Source: Octopus bimaculoides
Taxonomy: Eukaryota
Direction of reading: 5' to 3'
Length of the DNA stretch: 33,167 bases
Assembly: GCF_001194135.2 (NCBI RefSeq)
Contig: NC_068991.1
Coordinates: 32,811,422 to 32,844,588 of the forward strand
Positions 1 to 10,205 of this stretch are shown here, in pieces. The first letter of the stretch is position 1. The number at the start of each line of letters is the position of its first letter. The notes beneath the pieces were generated by a model. It saw nothing but the letters and a program-made list of their open reading frames with translations. It ran no database searches and had not been told where the DNA came from. A program made the translations under genes and the position numbers.

Positions 1-679
1 ATGACCTGGGTTGAGGTGGTGAGGCAAGACCTTCGAACATTGGGCCTCACCGAGGCGATGACTTCTGACCGAGACCTTTCGAAATATGCTGTGCGTGAGA
101 AGACCCGGCAAGCCAAGTGAGACCTAAATCCAAGGCCTCTGCCAGGGGTGTAGCCAGCCCACTTATGCGTACCTTTCCTTCATTGGACACTAAACTCCGC
201 TTGCGAAGACTTTTTGAGGCAAGTGAAATTGAAATCGAACTAAATTCGACGACTGGCACCCATGCCAACGTCGTCTCCTTCATTGGACACGAAACTCAGC
301 TTGCGAAAACTTATTGAGGCAAGCGAAAGCAAAATTGGGATGGCAGCTGTGTCCAGCGTCGCCTTTCTGGCACTTGGGCCTGTAACATGTGTAAGGATTT
401 TTGAGCGAGATCGTTGCTGGTGCCCCTGGACTGGATCTTGTGCGGGTGGCACATAAAATACACCATTTTGAGCGTGGTCGTTGCCAGTGCCGCCTGGCTG
501 GCCATCATGCGGGTGACACATAAAAGCACCCACAACACTCTCTGAGTGGTTGGTGTTAGGAAGGGCATCCAGCTGTAGAAACTCTGCCAAATCAGATTGG
601 AGCCTGGTGTAGCCATCTGGTTTCACCAGTCCTCAGTCAAATCGCCCAACCCATGCTAGCATGGAAAGCGGACGTTAAA
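1..679 (+). mobile_element. 3' end of RTE-type LINE (ORF C-terminus, 3' UTR and tail)
   Basis: 1-120 translates as ...VVRQDLRTLGLTEAMTSDRDLSKYAVREKTRQAK*, matching the C-termini at 4100-4330 and 20200-20601. It ends in the family tail CATGCTAGCATGGAAAGCGGACGTTAAA. Confidence 0.92.
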
Positions 680-689
680 CTATGCAATG

Positions 690-1018
690 GGACACACCTG
701 GTATAAAGAAGATGATGCCACCATTCTCTCTGGATGTGGGAAATGAGAGGATGTTTTCACACCTAGGATTCCTCTCATTCCATTGGGAGCAGATATTCCT
801 TTTTCATTCAGAAGATTTCCAATATCAGCTTCACAATGTCCATCAATAAATCCCAGGGTCAAACAGTCTGTGGTAGGACTTCACTTGGAAGGGTCATGCT
901 TCTAACATGAACAATTAAATGTTGGCTGCTTTAGAGTGGGAAGCAAAAAAAAAAAAAATCTATTTGCATTTGTTCCACAAGGGAAAACAAAGAATATTGT
1001 TTACCAGCAGTTTTGTAG
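690..1018 (+). pseudogene. Helitron RepHel remnant: C-terminal PIF1-like helicase segment
   Basis: Frameshifted translation gives EDVFTPRIPLIP, FTMSINKSQGQT, VVGLHLEGSCF*HEQLNVGCFRVG and GKTKNIVY. These match the helicase motif V/VI region and C-terminus of Helitron helicases. Confidence 0.85.
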
Positions 1019-1150
1019 GAATTACTACATCCTACGATGTACTCCAGTATCCACTGCTCTTTGTGAAAGGTGAAGATGGATACCAGTTCAGCATAATACC
1101 AACAAACCCAAAGACTGTATCAACAAAGCCGTTTCTTGCATGGACTTCAG
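1019..1150 (+). pseudogene. Helitron RepHel remnant: segment upstream of the Rep domain
   Basis: SYDVLQYPLLFVKGEDGYQF followed by (frameshift) AVSCMDF matches the conserved Helitron SYDxLQYPL..GEDG motif. Confidence 0.8.
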
Positions 1151-1379
1151 TATCAAAGCATATTTCCCAGTCACTCCCACCAACCATGCAGTAAGCCATT
1201 ATGCCTTATTTTTTCAAGTAATTTGGTAGTACATATTCTCATGTGACTGCATAGGCTCAGTTTATGTTTCTTATTCTACAGCCATACCAGCAATCCAATG
1301 TCAACCCTTTGCCTTCTGCAACATTTTAACAGTTCACTTCCGTGTTGCCACCTCCCATTGCAGCTCCTTTCCGGAATGT

Positions 1380-1540
1380 ACCCATTTATGTACAGAATCT
1401 CCATTACACCTACATTCATTCAACTGTCAACTATACAATGGGTCATGTTAGATGCAGTGCTGGCTGTCGCAAAGGAGAGTATATCCACTGACAGCTTTTC
1501 ATATACATTTCACCCCAAATTTTCCATGACAGGTTAGGGC
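1380..1540 (-). pseudogene. Possible hAT transposase C-terminal dimerisation-domain remnant
   Basis: Minus strand gives LSWKIWGEMY/(fs)KLSVDILSFATASTAS...VMEILYIN, resembling the hATC pattern W...YPxLxxLAxxILSxPxxS. The match is short and degenerate. Confidence 0.3.
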
Positions 1541-1897
1541 CTGGAATCCTCTGAATAGACGCATGACATGTCGCTTTGTCGAATTAGCCCATCATTTACT
1601 CCACAAATGTTTTGTCATCAATATTGCTCTTTTCCATATCACATATTTCAAAATAACTGTAATTTTTTACAAACTATGCCATTTTAATCCTGAGCAATGC
1701 CAGGTATCTCTGCTTGTACAATATAAACAAAAACAGGAAGTATACATATCATACACCAGTAAAAAGATAAAGGTGATAGTGATGTAGTCTTCCTGATAAA
1801 GAAGCACTTCCACCATCCAAGATCTCCCTGAATACCAAGGGCAAGGTGCCTTTTCCAGCTACAATTTTCTGACTCACAGGACTAATAATGCAAGAAA

Positions 1898-1962
1898 TGA
1901 TGATGATGATGATGATGATGATGATCATCATCATCATAATAATAATAATAATAATAATAATA
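1898..1962. repeat. Compound microsatellite (GAT)n-(CAT)n-(AAT)n
   Basis: Direct reading of the sequence. Confidence 0.95.
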
Positions 1963-1996
1963 TAAGCAAAAAAAGAAGAATGCGATTGTTATCAAG

Positions 1997-2037
1997 TGAA
2001 CGATATTTCGACATCTCGTGTGTCTTCTACAGGTTCA
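1997..2037 (-). ncRNA. Minimal type I hammerhead-ribozyme-like motif with one core substitution
   Basis: Minus strand reads TGAAC-CTGTAGA-A-GACA(cacgaga)TGTC-GAAA-TAT-C-GTTCA: 5-bp stem I, 4-bp stem II, palindromic ATAT stem III. The core is CUGUAGA instead of CUGANGA. Confidence 0.6.
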
Positions 2038-2074
2038 AAATATAAACTTGTCAATCTACTTCATTTTGGTAATA

Positions 2075-2099
2075 TTTATTATTATTATTATTATTAATG

Positions 2100-2131
<32 letters not shown>

Positions 2132-2356
2132 CATCCTTTCTCCTATAGGCACAAGGCCTGAAATTTTTTTTTTGGGGGGGGGGCTAGTTGATTACATCAA
2201 TCCCAGAATTCAACTGGTACTTATTTTATCAACCCTGAAAGTATGGAAGGCAAAGTTGACTTTGGAGGAATGTGAACTCAGAACGTAAACATGGACAAAA
2301 TGCTGCTAGGCATATTGCTTGGTGCACTAACGATTCTGCCAGCTCACTACCTTACT
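2075..2356 (-). mobile_element. tRNA-derived SINE with Deu/Nin-like central domain and (ATT)n tail
   Basis: Minus strand reads GGTAGTGAGCTGGCAGAATCGTTAG...GTTCTGAGTTCAC...AAGTCAACTTTGCCTTCCATACTTTCAGGGTTGATAAAATAAGTACCAG. It is homologous to 26323-26514. Confidence 0.8.
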
Positions 2357-2399
2357 AATCTCCTAATAAAATAATGAGTGTGGTGCTTTATATATTTGT

Positions 2400-4862
2400 A
2401 TATATCGCTAGAAGGGAAGCTAGGAGACAGGTTTATTTAGCCAGAGGGGAAGCAGATAAGAAAAAATTTGCCAATGTTCTGCGCCATGAAGACCAAAGAC
2501 TTGAAGTGTTTCGTGTTGCAATACAGTGTGTGAGAGAGAATTGTGATGTCAAAGAAGAGAAATGTGTCCTCATGGATGATGCTTCACTTGCACTAAACAA
2601 GGCTGAAAAGAGAGAGGTTTGCTGATGCCACGATGAAAGGTTGTTCAATAAAGAGAATGAATGGGAGAAAGAGAGTCTGCCGAATGTCGACCCAACAGAG
2701 GGACCAGCTATCCGAATTGACAGTACCTTGGTAGATAAAGCAATCAAGAGTATGAAGACAGGGAAAGCCCCTGGCCCATCAGGAATCACTGCAGAGATGC
2801 TCAAAATATCTGGCAGTGTCGGCTATAGCCTAGTCACTCGTATAGTAAACCAGGTGATACATGAAGGAGTCATACCCAATAACTGGTGTAGCAGCACCAT
2901 AGTCAACTGCTACAAAGGTAATGGTGACACTTTAAATACAAATAATTACAGAGGTATCAAATTGTTGGATCAGGTAATGAAGGTCACGGAGAGGGTCATA
3001 GCCCAACTAATTAGGGAGAGAGTCAGTTTGGGTTCGTGCCAGGGAAAAGCACTACTGAAGCCATTTTTCTGGTAAGACAGCTGCAGGAGAAATACCTAGC
3101 CAAAGATAAACTTCTGTACCTGGCTTTTGTTGGCATGGAGAAAGCCTTTGACAGGGTCCCCCGATCCCTAATCTGGTGGTCAATGAGGAAACTAGGGATA
3201 GATGAATGGTTAGTGAGAGCTGTGCGAGCCATGTACAGGGACGCTGTCAGTAAGGTGAGGGTTGGCACCGAGTACAGTAAAGAATTCTGGGTAGATGTAG
3301 GGGTCCACCAAGGTTCAGTCCTCTGCTCCCTCCTATTTATCATAGTCCTCCAGGCAATAACAGATGAATTCAAGACGGGATGCCCCTGGAAGCTCCTCTA
3401 TGCTGATGACCTTGCTCTAATTGCTGAGTCTCTATCAGAACTAGAGGAGAAGTTTCAGGTGGGGAAGCAAGGATTAGAATTGAATTGCCTTAGAGTCAAC
3501 CTAGCTAAAACCAAAGTCCTAATAAATAGGAAGGTAGACAAACCACAAACCCCTTCAGGTAGATGGCCCTGTTTAATCTGTAGAAAAGGCGTAGGTAGAA
3601 ACACTATAAGATGTACCCAGTGTAAGCTATGAATACATAAGAGATGCAGCAATATCAAAGGAAGGCTAACTAGGAAGATAGTTTTTGTATGTGGAAGATG
3701 CTCAGGAGCAATAAGGACTGAAAATGTGCAGAGAACAATTTTTGCCACAGTCCAGGGCGAAAAACTATAAGTAGTTGATAGCTTCCGTTACCTAGGTGAC
3801 CAAGTCAGTAGCAGGGGAGGGTGCACTGAAATTGTAGCTTTTAGAATAAGAATAGCTTGGGCAAAGTTCAGAGAGCTCTTACCTCTGCTGGTGACAAGAG
3901 GCCTCTCATTCAGAGTAAAAAGCAGACTGTATGACACATGTGTAAGAACAGCCATGCTACATGGCAGTGAAATATGGGCCGTGACTGCTGAGGACATGCG
4001 TAAGCTCGCAAGGAATGAAGCCAGTATGCTCCGATGGATGTGTAATGTCAGTGTGCATACTCAACAGAGTGTAAGTACCTTCAGAGAAAAGCATCAGTTG
4101 TGGTGCGCAAGAGAGATGATTGCGCTGGTATGGTCATATGGCGAGAATGGATGAGGAAAATGTGCCACACCCTAGCGGTTGAGGGAACCTGTGGAAGAGG
4201 TAGACCCAGGAAGACCTGGGATGAGGTGGTGAAACATGACCTTCGAATATTAGGCCTCACCGAGGCAATGACTAATGACCGAGACCTTTGGAATTATGCT
4301 GTGCGTGAGAAGATCTGGCAAGACAAGTGAGACCATAACCCATGGCCTTTACCAGGGGTGTAGCCAGTCCACTTATGTGTACACAAAACTCTGCTTGCGA
4401 AGGCCTGTTGAAGCAAGTGCAATCGAAATCGAACCAAATTCAATGACTGGCACTCGTGCCAGTAGAGCGCTAACAACTCCATCTGAGCGGGATCACTGCC
4501 AGAGCAGCTGTCTGGCTTCTGTGCCGGTGGCATGTAAAAAGCACCATTTGAGTGTGATCATTGCCAGCGTTGCCGAACAAAACAATCGAGCGAGGTCATT
4601 GCCAGTGCCGCTGGACTGACTCCTGTGCAGGTGGCATGTAAAAGATACCATTTGAGCGTGGCTGTTGCCAGTACGGTACGTAAAAGCACCCACTACACTC
4701 TCGGAGTGGTTGGCATTAGGAAGGGCATCCAGCTGTGGAAACTCTGCCAGATCAGATTGGAGCCTGGTGCAGCCATCTGGTTCGCCAGTTCTCAGTCAAA
4801 TCGTCCAACCCATGCTAGCATGGAAAGCGGACATTAAACGATGATGATGATGATGATGATGA
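2400..4862 (+). mobile_element. 5'-truncated RTE-type LINE (RT with embedded PHD-type finger, 3' UTR, (GAT)n tail); frameshifted
   Basis: RT motifs GKAPGPSG, NYRGIKLL, AFVGMEKAFDRVP, GVHQGS and LLYADDL lie in ORFs 2641-3075 and 3036-3632. The C-terminus is GRGRPRKTW..DRDLW (4100-4330), and the family tail ends in GATGATGAT. Confidence 0.95.
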
Positions 4863-5334
4863 TATATATATATATATATTTGTCCAGAATCATGCTAGAC
4901 GCGTAGAGAAAATAGTAATTCAGTGAAGAAGTAGTGATAGTAATAGCTCTGACTGAGAGGGAGTGAGAGAAAGTAGTAGCAATGAGAGAAAGGAAGGAGT
5001 GATAGAGGAATAAGCAAGGAAGGGGTGATAAAAATCAGCATTTCAACTCTGTGTGAGTATATGTGTGTATGTGTGTGCGTGTACAAGGGAAGTATATGAA
5101 TGTTTGCATGTGTGATTATTACGAACCTTATTTATATTTAAATAAAAAAATTAGCCATCATTATTGTGAGCACGTGGTTACCTAGTAATAATAATAGAGA
5201 ATACGAAGAATGCAATGCGATTGCAATAGATATTTTATTGGTTTGAATGATATTTTGACAGCTAGCCTGTCTTTGTTGAGTTGAAAATGAAAAGTGATAC
5301 ATAGAAATTCAAATTCAAAAGTTTGATTGAGGAG

Positions 5335-7400
5335 GTCTTGCATTCCCACTTTGATGGAATGACATCATCAGTCTTCAATTTTCAACTTGATCAAGCAGTA
5401 GCCAGGAAAGGCAACAATGGTCAGGCAATAAATAATAATGGAGGAGATGTAAGCATTTGCCACTCCTGCCTATGCTTTTAGGGACAGCCTCCTCTCTGTC
5501 CATTTCTGGGTAAGACTGACCATTCTGTTTATCACCTCATTCATCCCAGTTCATCTCCACCTGAAGGTCAGGACTGGACCAGACTCCAAACAGTTAACTG
5601 GTCCATCAGTCTAGCATTCAACAACACCATCCAAAGGCACTGACCTACCTCCCCAGGTATCACTGCACATTGCAATGATCCAGCCTCTGAAAATGGATCC
5701 AAATCTGACTGATTTCAGGATGGTTTTCAAGCAACAATGATTGACCATATCGATTGCTTCAAATTGATCCAAATTAATAACCACCCCACTAAAGCCAGTT
5801 TTTTTCCCAGCTCTCTCTCTCTCTCTGATGTATCATATAAGATGGAGGCTATTGTGGCTAGACCTGTTTGGGATTACACACCAGTAAGGATGCATTCGAC
5901 TATCAGTAACAGGCTTCCTGTCTATGGATCTTGACTGAGATCACAAATTTGCAATCTGTGTAGACAACCACTTTGAACTGTGAGCATACTTTCCCTATTC
6001 ACTAACCTAACAAATACGCTATTTAGATATGATCTGGATGACCTGTTGTAGTTGCTCCATGTCTCCACTGGCATATTAGAGAAATCCAGTCAGTACCTGA
6101 CAGACAGCTGGAAATTTCTGAGCAGATTTTCAAGGCTTTGCACTCACTTCTGCTATGTACTAGCCCCATAGAGTTGCTTTGTACGAGACATTCCCAGGAA
6201 TGTTTCTTGATGCGTGAAGAAATCTGATGTTCCAGTCCTTGTCAAGGCATATACAGTCACCAGTATAAAGGCACCGTCTTCACAATCACTCACATCCTGG
6301 ACTACCATCTTCCATCCTGGCATTATAAGATTGCCTATACTTTGAGATCTAAGGATTTTCAGAATAGCACGGCTATCCCACTGCCCGACCCCAACACACC
6401 ATGGGATGAGAATATGCTGTCAGAAATGAGTGCTAGTGCATGCGCTCCAGCAATCTATGTCAAGTGACCTGAGAGCAAGGCCACGCACATTCACACATCC
6501 CATTCTCAGCACAACCATGTAAATGAGGTCAGGGATTTTGTAGAAATTCCCTGCAGTGATCAGCATTTCCACTTCCACTCTGACCACAGACAGTTCTCTT
6601 TCAGAATCAATTTCGCAGTGAGTATATCACCATATTCCTCCAGCATCATCTTGAAATACTGTATATTCAGTTCTGGAAGCACATCTGAAAAAGTTACTTT
6701 ATGCACCCCCACCCCACCATTTTCCCAAACAGGAGGGAATTAAAATATGTTTTTGTAAAGTACACATATGGATTATGATTTTTTTGGCTTTTACTTCAGA
6801 ATGGCATATTGTGATCAGTGAGCCAAATTCCTTTCCTTTTCTCATATGCCATATCAAATCCCAGACATCTTTCAGGCATTTCTCTACCTATGTTAGGGTC
6901 AGATTTTCTATTTTTCTAGTATTATGATTAACACATTTGTATGTTAGCCTATTCTTCCAGATTTCATCTTTCTGGTCAGGTAAAATTACAAGCAAGCTTG
7001 GTTTTACTAGGCAGTGTCAATACTATCATCTAAAATCCCTGTCAACAGCATGATTGTCCACCTTTGTTTGCTAATTTTAGTGAAAGCCATCACCCCATTA
7101 GCTTTTCAAATGTGGTTGCTGCTGCTGTTGTTGGTGATGCAGATATTGTTGTTAGTGGTATTGGAGTTATTGCTGCTGTTGTTAGTGGTAGGTTAGTAGC
7201 TTCTTGACATGTTGTTGTTGTTGGTGGTGGTGATGGCTTCATTGTTTTCTTTGTTAGTATTTTTAGAATTTTCTGTGTTTTTCTTTTCCTGTTGCTTGTC
7301 TTCAATGTTGTTGCTGTTGCATTGTATGCTGTTGTCTGTTTTCACAGTGACACAGAGCATTTTGTTGCTCTCACCCTCTGTCATTACAATCTAGTAACTC
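5335..7400 (-). mobile_element. Old L1/Tx1-type LINE remnant (ORF1-like region, APE endonuclease, internally deleted RT)
   Basis: Minus strand gives LRMGCVNVRGL (about 6490-6520), SGSGIAVLF, FILVTVYA, WSNYNRSSRSYLNSVFVR, YTDCKFV, then FGSIFRGWII and GVWSSPDLQVEMNW. An ORF1-like VEKCLKDVWDLI..GKEFG..SDVLPEL lies upstream. There are many stops, and the 5' boundary is uncertain. Confidence 0.7.
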
Positions 7401-7496
7401 TCCCTACTCTTTCCTCCTCTCTCATTAACAAGCTTGACCAACTTATTTGATGTTTTCTCCATGGAGGGAGAAAACAAAATTTTGCAAACAAAAGTA

Positions 7497-8342
7497 CAAG
7501 GGTAATCCCAAAAGAAAGATCTTCAAAAATATTTAGAAATCACAGAAACATTTATTGTCAATGATGTTTACATCATTTTAAAGTCTGAACATTATCTATT
7601 TTTCTATATAATCGCCATTTCGGTCAATGCATTTTTGTAGGCACTGGAGCAGTTTTTGTATGCCCATGTGATACCAGCTCACTGGCTTGTTGTTGAGGAA
7701 GCACTAAACCTCATTTTTCACTTTGTCTGTGTTGATGAAGCACGTTCCAGCCAAACGTTCTTTCAACTTAGGGAACAGGTGGTAGTCACTGGGTGTCAAG
7801 TCTGGACTATAAGGTGGGTTGCTGTTTATGGTCTTCTGTGAGTATTCATGGGACCCATCTTGCACACACTTTCTGATATTTCACTCAAAAACCTACAGTG
7901 CTTCGGGAAACCTCAGGAACCAAAATGCAGGGATCATCCAGAGTGACCCACCGATTTTCATGCAGGATTTGCTCAACCTTCACAAATATCTCATTGGAAA
8001 TTGATAGTCGTTCACTTCTTTCTTCATCATGAATTTCAGTACAACCAGCTGCAAACTCCCTACACCACTTGCGGACATCTTTGACATCCATGCACAGCTT
8101 GCCATACACTTCTGTTAATTGGCAATGAATTTCAATCAGTTTAATGCCTTTTGCGTTCAAAAACTGAATAACTGCATGAACTTCACACTTGGTGGTAGTG
8201 TCGATCGGGAACTCCATCAGATATAATTGCCAAACCAAAACTGAGTGTGGAAGCACATGCACAACAGTGTCACCAATAGCTGCATGCACAGTTTCCTTGC
8301 ATTGCCAGCACTTTCGAGACCTTACTTTTGGGATTATCCTTG
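7497..8342 (-). mobile_element. Internally deleted mariner (Tc1/mariner) transposon with both TIRs
   Basis: TIRs CAAGGGTAATCCCAAAAGAAAGATCT / CAAGGATAATCCCAAAAGTAAGGTCT, flanked by TA at 7495-7496 and 8343-8344. The transposase has an N-terminal HTH (ORF 7885-8289) and RWVP joined to PPYSPDLTPSDYHLF. Confidence 0.93.
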
Positions 8343-8523
8343 TAAAATAAAATCAACAAGTCCTTCAAAAATTTTGGGGACAATATACAAAACAAACTCA
8401 TAACCTGAATGCAGATCACTTCCTCTCCATGAGGGGATAAAATTTAAAATGAATGCAAAACAGTAGATTTGTTTACAAATCTAATGGAGCTGATGTCTAT
8501 CATGGCTTGTCCAATTGATGGCC

Positions 8524-8524
<1 letters not shown>

Positions 8525-8581
<57 letters not shown>

Positions 8582-8595
8582 CAACAACAACAACA
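8525..8595. repeat. (TAA)n(CAA)n microsatellite
   Basis: Direct reading. Confidence 0.95.
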
Positions 8596-8649
8596 TCATT
8601 ATTTCAACAGTTTGATTACATAATGGTAAGAATAAATTAAATCACATAT

Positions 8650-8824
8650 TACATCTTTTACTTGTTTCAGTCACTAGACAGGGGCCAATCTGGGGTACCG
8701 CCTTGAAGAATTTTTACTCAAACGAATCGACCCTACTACCTTTCTTTTTTTAAACCTAGTACTTATTCTATTGATCTCTTTTGTTGAACTGTTAAGTTAT
8801 AGGGGCCTAAACAAACCAATACCA
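8650..8824 (-). mobile_element. 3' half of the tRNA/CORE-like SINE family (runs into an N gap)
   Basis: Minus strand reads ...AATAGAATAAGTACTAGG...GGGTCGATT...AAGGCGGT...TGACTGAAACAAGTAAAAGA, homologous to 30560-30697. Confidence 0.8.
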
Positions 8825-9120
8825 NNNNNNNNNNNNNNNNNNNNNNNNNNNNNNNNNNNNNNNNNNNNNNNNNNNNNNNNNNNNNNNNNNNNNNNNNNNN
8901 NNNNNNNNNNNNNNNNNNNNNNNNNNNNNNNNNNNNNNNNNNNNNNNNNNNNNNNNNNNNNNNNNNNNNNNNNNNNNNNNNNNNNNNNNNNNNNNNNNNN
9001 NNNNNNNNNNNNNNNNNNNNNNNNNNNNNNNNNNNNNNNNNNNNNNNNNNNNNNNNNNNNNNNNNNNNNNNNNNNNNNNNNNNNNNNNNNNNNNNNNNNN
9101 NNNNNNNNNNNNNNNNNNNN
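8825..9120. other. Assembly gap (N)
   Basis: Run of n. Further gaps are at 10314-11200, 12646-12986, 21408-21417 and 28803-28889. Confidence 1.
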
Positions 9121-9499
9121 NAAATGTAAAGCTTTGTTTAGCCTTTGTTGATTTAAAAAATGGTTATCAGAGACATATTAAAATACAGTGATATAGTCTT
9201 TGACAATGGTAAGAAAATGTTAAGAAATAGAGTCTTTGACAATTATAAGAAAATGTTAGGACAAATTTTGTGTTTGAACACTTTACATAAAAGTGTTCAA
9301 AGTAAGTAGTAAACTAAATTCATAATTATTTATAAGTTCATCAAAAGTCATGATTGTATAGAAGCATATATACAGAAAGAATTTGTAGACAGTATTTGAT
9401 AGGACAAATCGTGTATTGCTTAGTCAAATCTTCATCAGAAATCATATTTAAGTATTTATACAGAATTTTAGGGGAATGACCAACCTTTTTTTCCTTCAT

Positions 9500-9930
9500 C
9501 TCCAACGTACACACACACTACACCACAACAAATGCACACACACCCAAAAGCTACATAAACCACACCAACATATACACACACACACAAGTGTGTGTGTTGT
9601 GGTGAGTGTGTATGTGTGTGTTGTATTTGTCTGGGGTTCTGTGTGTAAGTGTTTGTTACGTTTATCAGGGTGGTGTGTATGTACATACCATCCTGATACT
9701 CACATATACATACATATGCACCCGCACACACACACCACCTGGACAATTATAAAACTACAAACATACACAGACAGACACACATGCATACTCATGTGCATGC
9801 ACATACCACCCTCTCACCAACACGACACACAAACATACACACACACACAGATGTACACATACACACACAACACTCTGACAAATACAAATCACATACATAC
9901 ACACACAAATTGCACACATATAAAAGCACC
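9500..9930. repeat. Degenerate (CA)n/(TG)n low-complexity tract
   Basis: Direct reading. It explains the His/Thr and Cys/Val ORFs here. Confidence 0.9.
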
Positions 9931-9951
9931 ACTCTGCTAAATATAAAACAC

Positions 9952-10205
9952 AGTGCAGGTGGCACGTAAAAAACACCATTTGAGCGTGGACATTGCCAGT
10001 ACCGCCAGACTGGCCCTCGTGCTGGTGGCACATAAAAGCACCCACTACATTCTCGGAGAGGTTGGCGTTAGGAAGGGCATCCAGCTGTAGAAACTCTGCC
10101 AGATCAGTTTGGAGCCTTGCGCAGCCACCTGGTTCGCCAGTCCTCAGTCAAATCGTCCAACCCATGCTAGCAGGGAAAGTGGACGTTAAATGATGATGAT
10201 GATGA
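9952..10205 (+). mobile_element. RTE 3' UTR/tail fragment with (GAT)n end
   Basis: GGTGGCACGTAAAA..CACCATTTGAGCGTG through CCCATGCTAGCAGGGAAAGTGGACGTTAAATGATGATG, homologous to 4625-4860. Confidence 0.9.

Noticed and set aside
1898-1940. (GAT)n(CAT)n self-complementary hairpin
   Set aside because: It is a trivial consequence of adjacent opposite-orientation microsatellites.
3023-3997. Recurrent antisense ORFs over the RTE RT (mirrored at 20805-21446)
   Set aside because: They recur only because the copies are homologous. They are short and show no independent motif.
7090-7394. Thr-rich or Leu-rich ORFs as a mucin-like or membrane host exon
   Set aside because: They are products of a TTG/CAA low-complexity tract, with no splice or homology support. 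The tract more likely belongs to the LINE remnant.
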